Positions 54,201-64,000 of a DNA stretch of 64,000 bases are shown here, in pieces. A program made the translations under genes and the position numbers. This DNA comes from Rotaria socialis. Its lineage: Eukaryota. The notes below the pieces were generated by a model. The model was not told where the DNA came from, ran no database searches, and saw only the letters and a list, made by a program, of their open reading frames with translations. How positions within the stretch are numbered: the first letter of the stretch is position 1; the number at the start of each line of letters is the position of its first letter. The DNA lies in assembly GCA_905331295.1 (NCBI GenBank), contig CAJNYD010000407.1, positions 1 through 64,000 on the forward strand, given 5' to 3'.

Positions 54201-57200
54201 AAAATTTTAAATGAAGTAATTACATCTTGTTCATCTTTATTTATAGTCCATTGTATTTGTATTGAAAACGGTTTCTCAGCTTCCATTGCTTGAATTGTTG
54301 GAGCTTGAGGACGTTGAGGGCATATAAGACGTATAGGTTCAGAGGTCTTCTCAGCAACAAAATCTGGATCAGACGTAACAGATACTTGTATTTCATTGCT
54401 GGTACCTATAGAATATATTATTGTATTGACAGAAATCGTTTTTTAGTACAATTAAATTCTTCTACAAAATATTTGATTCATAAAAAGAAGTACAATGTTA
54501 TTTAGACCTGTGATATTGAATTCATTTTTATCTGTTATTATATAATAATACCACTGTTTTTGTTTTCGTGATATGATAAAAAACAGAAAACTAGCAAAAT
54601 TTGATGCAAGTATGAATGACTATGACTATACGCTTTTATCAAGTAAAACAGTTACAAATTGAGGTTCTAGTACTGATTGTAATATTGAGAAAACATTTTA
54701 TCACTAATAATCATCAAAATATGAGTATCTCAAGTCTATACCCTTTCTTATGTTTTTCGTCCTTGTTAATCTTAAAATCTCTACACAATGATATTAGTTA
54801 CGATTCATGGCAGTATTAAAATGGTTGATTGATATTCATCGTTGGTATGGAACATGATCTAATACGTTGATATTTGGTGAGAATGATATTTACAATGGAG
54901 AAAAAATAGTAAAGTTTACGTCGAATATTTTTGCACAGAATAAATGTGAGTCACATAGAAGCTATTCTTTTAGTATTGAATAAAGTGTATACCTGGCTTG
55001 AGATTGCGGAATTCGTATTCATGTTGATTTGGTAGAAGAATTTCAGTTGGTTTTGAATTTAGAAATATACGATATCCTTTAACTAATGATTGATCGACAG
55101 AACTATCAAGTGTCCATGATAAAGTAGCCATTTGTAATCCAATACTGGCTACTTGTAATAATGGTCGAGTCAACAATTCAATAAGTCCATGATAATTTTG
55201 TGTTATGACTTCATCTGATGTTGTCGTAACATAATTTAAATCATTTGATTCGTAAGCATGAAATAAAGCTCGAACAAAAAATCTACGAGAAAAAAATAAA
55301 TATAACATTCCATTAATAAATTGTCCTATTTTCAGTGTTGGGATATTCTTACGTATATTCCTGTTCTTCCGAAATGCCTTGGATTTCAAGTGGAGCATTT
55401 ACTACATACCAAGCATGCTCTGTGTAGCCATCCTTTTCTATTCTATATGTTAAAAATTAAAATTAAAATTGAAACAATTGAAACGTCCGTATAACTATAT
55501 AATATGATTATATTTGAAAATAAAATCAATTACTTTTCATCACTTCTCATATGATCTGGAAAGTCTTGACCACGTATATGAAGTTCAAAGAGAGCAACAA
55601 ATACATTTGTTGGTAATGCTCGATCTAAATACCATTGTGCACGAATTGACGATGGACTTATTGTTTGCACATTTAATTTTGGTACTGGGGCATCTGTTTG
55701 TTCAAGAACACTCTAAAATATTTTGTAGGAATAAAATTATATGCATGAATCAAAAGAAAACAAAAGAGAGTTACATACATTAACAGGAATATCAGATGGT
55801 TCTCTCTGTTGTGCACGTTCGTATTTTAAGCCACTTTCAGGTAGAATGTCAATTGTCTATTTTAAGGAAGTAGAAATTAGAAGAAAACAAAAACGGTAAT
55901 ACTACTAGCAAATGTACTCAGTTAACGATACGGTTCGATAAGAAGACACTTTCTAGTGTGTATCTTTTCGAGTAGAAACTCTTTGTCTATGATCAAGTTT
56001 TGCTGAGAGATGAGAAATTTCTGAAGAATTTTCTCTATGGACATTCGTTGGTAACTGTTGATGTGTTCGACTCTTTTCCAAATACATAAAAGTAATAGCT
56101 AATGCTTTTGAAGACTATTGAAAAGTACAATACTGTGAATAGTTTTGATGATTAATTTAATGATAATTAAATTATACTAAATCTTGTAACATTTCTTTTT
56201 TATGCCATCTACATTAGAAAATAAACTATTTATCTTCATGACTTTAGTATTAAGTCGAGTGCATACTATTCAACAATACGATAGATACTTGCATTTGATG
56301 AACAAGATTCATCAACTACGAACTCTTTAAGGTTAAGAATTTGAAAAATCTAATAAATTTTCGTCGTAAATAAATTGATACTTGCAAAATATCTATAGTG
56401 TTCTACTCTTTTTAATAGTCTTCAAAACATATTTGGCACCCCTTTCGTATGTATGGAAAAATAATCAAACGACGCGAAACTCGCCAATGAATACCAAATA
56501 ACGTAAAATTGTTCAACGACTATTTGTCGCTCATCAAGGTCTGCCCATGAGAAGCATATCAGTTCAAAAAGATGCGAGCATATGAAGTTATATTCCTTAG
56601 TAAAATATTCTGTGGTCGACTAGAAGCAGAGTGCTAAAAAACAAACGATATTCTGTTGATAGCTGATCTAGTATTCGATTATCGTAAATTCAAGCAGTTT
56701 ACTAGATTATTCGATAGATAACATACGAGAGTATTTGTTTTGAAGACTTCATCGTTGCTCTCCTTCGGTAAGACTTCTACTTGGCATTTATGTCTTCCTG
56801 GTGCAAGATTTATTTGAAATTTCGGTTCGACATCTGGTTCTATTAGTTTTCCATATGGTTCCTGATCAACCATAATCTAAAAATCGAAACGTCAAACCAC
56901 CGACTGGTTTCAAATTGTCATCTTACTCGATAGGATCGCACATGCTCAGACATGGCTGGCGATTTTATCTTCCAAAATAGAGTAATACCCTTTGGATTAC
57001 GTTTGTATACAATTGTTGGTACAGATTTGCGTAAACCATTTGTCTTAATCAAAGGGAAAATTGAACTTTTTTTATTGCTTTTAATTTGCGATGAAATGAA
57101 TGACTTACAATCGGTAGACTTTCAATTTTTCGATTTGCTTCAGGACGTCGATATTGAAGACCAGCGAGGCCAACGGCTAAAATAAAACACTCGCGCTTTA

Positions 57201-60200
57201 AATCTTATCTTCCTGAAATTCTGAAATCAGTATCGAAATCATTTCATTTTTTTTGAAACTGTAATCAAAATGCGTATATTATAGATTAGATGCAAAGCAA
57301 ATTTCAACGAAAACGTATCAATTAATAGAAAAAAATTCAAAATTATGTAGTATCGTTAGGCATTGAATCATCGTTTTGATTTGAACTTTTATTCAGTGTT
57401 GATGAACGTCGTCGGGGTTTCGGTGGAAGTCTATCGGTAAATGGATCATGAGTAGATGTTGATGATCTTTGTAAAAGAAGTTGATCATCTTTCTGACGTT
57501 GAGCACGAACGAATGAATTATTTGTATGTGTCGAATTTAAATCTCGTTCTGTTGAACGATTTTCAATTGCTTGTGTTAATTTTTCAAGAAGATTTTGTGC
57601 TCGATGTTTATCTGCTTCAGATAAAATGGAATTTTTATTTCGGTTTTCTGTAGTGGTGGTATATTCGGCTTTTTTGTCAATTTTTACTGATATGACGGAT
57701 GTGTCATCGAAAATAGGTGATTGCGGTGGCCGTTCTTCTTCTTCTTCTTCTTCTTCTTCTTCTGTTAATTTATTAGTTTTATCATCATGATTATCGTCAT
57801 GTTGATGACGGACGATTTCGTTCGAAGTTACTGATGATTTGTTCAAATCAGTTATATGAATATTTGCCCGCGAAGAGGCTGCAGGAGAACGCGAAGAAGG
57901 CGGAAGAGAAGAAGAACTTCTGATAGATAATTTTGAAGAAGATAACCGATCCGAACCCTCTAGAAAATGGACAAAAGAAAAATAAAAATTTTGATGTCAG
58001 CTTTGTTTTTTGATTTTTAAAATTTTCTACCGAAAACAGCTTTTATTGCGCTCCTGCAAGCCTCTTCGACGGTTTACATCAACAAATCACACAAGAAGAT
58101 GATTAGTATACAAGCATTGTATGCAGTTAGTAGCTGAAAAATTATTTGATTTGATATTTAGCTGAGCCTATCCTTGGGTTCACTACTATCAGTTATCGAT
58201 TTCAAAATTAGAGAGTATTGATTTTATCTTTAATATAATGTAATATAATGAAAGATATATATACAGAGATATGATCTTTTTTTTATAAAATTTATTGTGT
58301 TCGACGTTCTAAACTATTCTATAGAGGTGAAAATCCTTGGTGTATGCGAATATATAAAGACTAAAATCGTATGGATATTAATCTTGATGATTCTTCAATT
58401 AGAAATATTTATAGAAAAATGTTATGAGATTTATACTAGATTGATCAAGCAATTAAATTTCCAATGGGATGTACTAAGATATTTGATTATTAATTATTAT
58501 GTGTGTGTGTCAATTAGTCTTATTTAAAATCGATATGGAAAAACAAGTTGACACTGATCGAATGTTGTCTATCGAGAATAGGAAATTAAAAGAATTAATT
58601 GTTTTCTCGTTGGACTTTTTCATAAAAGTTTTTCAATATCTGAACAGATAGAACATATATTTTTACGCTAGCACAGTCCTTTCGTTCGAACATCAAGAAA
58701 TATTCTTCGTAAACTGTAAAAATTTAGTTTTTCATATTTTTACTGTTCGATTATAAGAATATATTACATAGAAATAATCTAAAATATACTATAAATATAG
58801 AGTAGGAAGAATTATTTGCTAAGTCAGATTTTGATCTTTAATGTTTTAATTTGGAATAAATTATTTATTTGGTACGAAGTTGTTGTTGCTTGAAGTGAAA
58901 ATAAACCGTACCATGGATTTTAGAGATGTGAAAGCAACTACTTCAAGCTTCGATTTCGATTTCGATTTCAAGTTATTAAAGATAAAAGTCATATCAATAG
59001 TTTAAAATATAGTGAGCATTGTCAAAGCAAACTGTTCAAATTAATTTTATCGAAGACCAATTCAAACACATGCTGAATAATATTAATTGCCAGAATTTTA
59101 GATTTGATTGAATCGTTTTTTATTTTGATCATTGAAGACTTTTTCGTGATACTACTCTGGTGCATCAAGTATCCGTACTAATTTACTAGAGAATCTAACC
59201 AATCATCTCGTATAAAATTATTCGAACAGCAATAAGTTGTTTTTTGTTTTTGAGAAAAATAAAGTCTGTTGTTATTATTTTCATATTATTCTCAATTAAA
59301 CCAATATTTGAATTCTCTTATTTTGAAACCGATAACATTTAAGATTCATTAATTAAAAATTATTGAAGCATTTCTACATGTGATATCAAACTATTAACTT
59401 ACTTGTTGGATGAGCACTATGTGATGTTTTCTCGCCGTTAATTATAATATAAGGAAAATATCGATCAAGTGCAGGGTTCTTAACTGGCAGATCTAATGGT
59501 GGCGTGACAAAGATATCATTTGATTTACGTTTTTCAGTGCTATCTAAAAAATTCAAAATAACAAAAATATAATATTTTCCTTTTTTATGTTTCAGCGATA
59601 AACCTTTAATTTTTGCTTCAACGCGCAGTACATATTCTCTACGTTGCTGCGCACTATGAAAATGAATAGCAAAGAAATCACTGAAATCTCGGTCAGTAAT
59701 CTTAAAAATCGAAGAGAGAGAAATTCTATATAAATTGAAAGAATAATTTTATCTCACAATTTTTGTTTCAACATCATCAACATAAACAATATATTCAGTA
59801 ACATGATCACCAATATGTGCCCACATTAAAAGCAATGTACTTTGATCATGTGATACAGCTAAACTAATTAATGGCCCACCACCTTCATATTCTCGTTGTA
59901 TTTCAAATCCCTATTACAAATTTTTAACAAAATTCGATTTATTCTAAATAAAATTTAAAAACAATACTCACTCCTTTATTTGATGCAATCGGTTCGACAT
60001 CAGAAATATCATCTGTCGCATGAGCAGTGACAAATACTTCATATTGTTCTCCAGCAGCAAAGCCCTGTGCTGAAAATTCTAATTCTTCTGGTTTTATATT
60101 TACTTTTTGTGCAACATCATTGATACATAATTCAAAATGATCAATAAAATCAATTGTAGTTGTTGATTCAACTGTTATGGTTCCATAAATTTTATTTGGA

Positions 60201-63200
60201 AGTTCTAACGAAACCGACAATTTTATCTTCGTATTACTCCATGCTTTTCGACGTTCCTTTGTTTTAAGTAATAATTAAACAAAACGAAAATGAAAAAAAT
60301 TCAGCCGCATAAATAATATTAACTTACTTTCATTCGTTCAATTTCTTTATTTTCCATAACAAAAGTTGGACTAAAGCAAATCGAAAATCATGCGAGCTTA
60401 TAAAAATTCCAATGTAACAAAATAAGAATAATTAAATTTTGTTTTTCTCTTTATTTACCGATGTGACTGGAAGCATTAGTAAAAAAAAAATAAATTTTGC
60501 AATAAAAGTTTTGATAGAGTGTCAATGTACATAGCAACCATTTATTTTTTGACGATATGAACGACGAATAAGATATTTTAAAGTTCGGAGCTCACAACAA
60601 ATGATACTTTCATGTGTAATTTTCGGTCACAAGGTTCTATAACAAATCTCTATTACACAATATATCTTAGGGTTCTGACGTATTGTTACAAGAACTTTAA
60701 GTAGAATTCTTTTTGCGTTCTAAGTAGCTATGCAGAGAATAACAGTAATCATACAATCAGTCTCTATCGACGTGTATTTTTCGAGATTAGGCCGTTTATT
60801 TCAAGAAAATTATTTAATGCAATAATAATTGACTAGAAATTTTTGATTCTGGACTGAATTACTGTTTGATTAGTTAAGTTTTCAGATTCTCATCCGACGA
60901 AGACTTCGTTCTCATCATTAAACTATATTTTTCATATAATTCAATTGTTTACTAAAAATTCATCTAGGATTATTGTCGTTTTATCATCTAATTGCTTTAA
61001 TTGTACCTTTATATGTATGTCTACACAGGTGAATCATCATTACTGTTGTACATTCTAAACAGGAGTCGTATAGATTTTTTACGGTTGATATACGAAACAG
61101 TCAAAACTCTCAATTTATGTATGATACTAGCTGTATTATCGAATGAAAAGTGTATATTAGCATGATTTCAAAAGTTAGTCAATTTTTATTTTTTCCATTT
61201 TTTTGATACAACCAGTTAACTAGTTAAATTAATTATTGAGCTTTGAATGATTTCAATTTTATCAAATATCGACTATTCTTCCGATGCAATCAACACTATA
61301 TAGATATGCCACTGAAAGACTATATAAACTGTTCCTCACCAAACGTTATGTTTTTTTTTTCGTGGTTTTAGTCAATGATTGCTGATCTATTTGATTTTCT
61401 TTTTCTTTAATGTTTCACTGGTTCTTAAGTTCTTGATATCGTTTCTCGATTTAAGCTACCCTGAACAAGGCTTTCAATTTTCTGATTATCACAACGACCA
61501 TAGAATTTGTTAACTTGAAAAAGAAATTAGTATCTTTTTGTCTGTCTGTTGTTAATGACAATGATTAACTAAATCGTTTTAACTTCAGATTATTTTTCAT
61601 ATAGAACAACAAACCTGCTTGTTATAATAGCACTCGATAGTCTGTTATCTTCAGTTGAATAAGCACGTAAAATATGCAAACCCGATTCCACCAAACAGAC
61701 ACCTTGTTTTGGATCATATTTCTAAATCAAACAATGAAAAAGAAAAAGAAAATTTTTTCTTCTGTCTGTTTAATCATGAATTATTTACTAAAACACTCTC
61801 ATAGCGTCGGGTTGGAATTGAACCATCGAGAGTATAATAAAGGATTGCATTTCGATTCGGGCAAGTAAAATGAATTTGTTTACCAAACTCATTAACAGTA
61901 TCAATCTCTTCGAGGATTTTAGGTTCTTGAAGTTGTCTCTCTATTCAACATAGAAATTTGAAACTACAGAAATAACAGAAAAATAAATAAATAAATACTC
62001 ACTTTCATTTCGAATGCTAGTTTCTGAATAAACAAATACAGTTGCTGTGCTGTGAAACCGATTGGATCGAACAGTATATTGTCCTTGTTTTTTAAATGTG
62101 TGCAAATGATAAACACCAGGTACATATTGAGCAATACTCAAGTCAACAAAACTCGCCTAGCAGATTAAATTCAAGTGGAAATAGTTTGAAAATAGATTGA
62201 AGACTGCAAAAAATTACTTCATCTTGTCCTTCGTCAGCTTCACCCAATTGTACAGAAATTTGATGATTTTTTTCATTGTTACATAATGCCCATGATACAG
62301 TATCGTTCTATGTGTAACAATTTAAAAAAACGTTTATTAAAAAACTTGAATATGATGTTTACCTCTGAGATATGCAAAACATGAGGAACAAAGTCATGAC
62401 CACTTGTAACAAAACAGTTATGACTAAACGGTGGATCAATAATAATTGTTGATAATAGACGATTCTTCAAAAAAAAAAAAGAAAAACTTCAGAGAAGAGA
62501 ATATTTTCATTTATAAATTATACCTCCAATGAACCACTGACTCTTTCAAAGTCTAACATAAAAAGTAAAATTTATGATTAAAAAAAAAAGAAAACATTTA
62601 ATTGTGATTTTTAGTTTACCTGGATTAGCAAAAAAGAATATTCCTGGAATAGTACATTCAATAGCAAGACATTGTCTATGTCTTCCAGGAATAGCTCGTT
62701 CGTGGCAGCCTATTAATTCTTCGTATGTTTCATTTGGTGCTAATTGTACAGATCGATGAGAAATAATTTCGTTAAATTGCCAAATAACAAAATCATTTAT
62801 ATTTGTTATGATCGGATCACTATCAAAATTATCTTTACCAATTGATCTGTAATGAAATCGAATTTCAGGTATCACAACTATAGCTAATGGTTGAGTTGGC
62901 TTTTGTTCCTGTTTCTTTTTATTATTGCTATTAATATCGGTTGAAAAATAATAAACCCCTAAAGCTTGAAATTCTTGCATGTAATAATTAATACTATTTG
63001 GTTGCGGTTGAAACAGCGGTTTTTCTAATTCATATGGATTGCCGAGTTCGTCTGTTCGATAAATAGCAGCAATAGTTGCTGATGACGAATCAAACCAAAC
63101 TTGATCAAAACGATTTACTATTAATGGATTGGGTTCGAACGAATTCTCTTCGTTATATGCAACTCGGTGATTCTATTTTATGGAAATTAGAATTTTTATC

Positions 63201-63399
63201 TATTGAAAACAAAATTATCAAATTAAATCTTCTCTTACGTCAACGCCATTTTCAACAATAACACTGATAAGAGATTTCTCTGGCTTGTCGGAATAAGCAA
63301 AATTGTAGAGACCATGTTGAGGAATATTTAAAAGATATATTTCGCATGTATGAAAATATTGACGAAAGATTTGTTCGATTTTATTACATTTGTGTAAAG
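48244..63399 (-). CDS. Large multi-exon protein with N-terminal cupredoxin-like beta repeats and many fibronectin type III repeats; 5' end probably beyond the window
   Basis: FN3-type motifs (PDAPNLWLVKTSDTSFIVEWSEP...GFQLYIEG, IDLEWNKP...YRVEING, IAIVWDPPAEYG, ATLSWTLD..VKGYRIFLN). Upstream exons carry FVPHVLHISEGDTVSW, YHLHTFKKQGQYTV and QEFQALGVYYFS. Stop TAA at 48244-48246. The most upstream exon found (~63238-63399) starts at a splice acceptor. Confidence 0.8.
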
Positions 63400-64000
63400 C
63401 TAAAATGATATTTAAAAATATGAAACATTCCCATTCTTTTTATATAACAACAAAAAAACAAATCGACTTTATATCCAAACAGAAAGCTAACGAAAGAATA
63501 TCGATGCAATTCAAAAACAAAAACAACACACTTGATTTCTCTAAGTAACACGAGAAAAAAAACATGCATTTCTTTAATAGAGAAATCATTTTAGAAAAAC
63601 TCAAAGAAAACCAGATGAAATTACAAAAATAACAAGATATAATCTACACTGCTTTCGTCTTTCGTTTCTAGCATACTCGTTTAATATCTTTGATTTAATT
63701 TGAGCTGTTCTGAACTTAAGATATACTGATTTAATTACTCTATACTCTAACCTGCCGAGTCAATCGAGAATTAGCAATTGTTTCTCAATCACAGAGTTAA
63801 AAAACAACAACAATCCTAGATACGCATCTTTACTCAGCATGAAGATTCATCAGAATAGCTTCATTCTCGGCAATTCATAATTATTACTAAAGAAAATAGC
63901 TGTTCAGTTCAATAGCATATCTTCTAACCTCGTATCTATTTTACTCTTTATTTCGTCTATATAATTTTTGTTTTGTTTATTCAAGACTTTGTTTTCTAAG

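Noticed and set aside
55950..56634. Two further possible stop-containing exons inside an FN3 gene intron
   Set aside because: The frames are short and could be chance; the flanking exons already join in phase.

Overview
AT-rich eukaryotic genomic DNA with many short (about 50-70 nt) GT-AG introns, so most genes are fragmented in or missing from the ORF track. The style and gene content (a plant-type PPR-DYW gene and LdhA-type D-lactate dehydrogenases with introns) suggest a bdelloid rotifer; this is an inference. From left to right the window holds: a decayed PPR-DYW gene whose DYW exon is joined in frame to a non-LTR retrotransposon RT fragment; an EGF+STRA6-like pseudogene; a TE-rich stretch (Tc1/mariner-, hAT- and Helitron/Helentron-like non-autonomous elements and a nested foldback); a 7-exon gene for a secreted precursor with two 4-Cys repeats and dibasic sites; a RasGEF1-like gene; an ankyrin-repeat gene; a multi-EF-hand gene with one D-LDH gene nested antisense in an intron and a diverged paralog just past its 3' end; and a large cupredoxin-like/FN3-repeat gene with an apparent alternative last exon. 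Gene models were spliced by eye, and family assignments come from motif recognition, not database searches.
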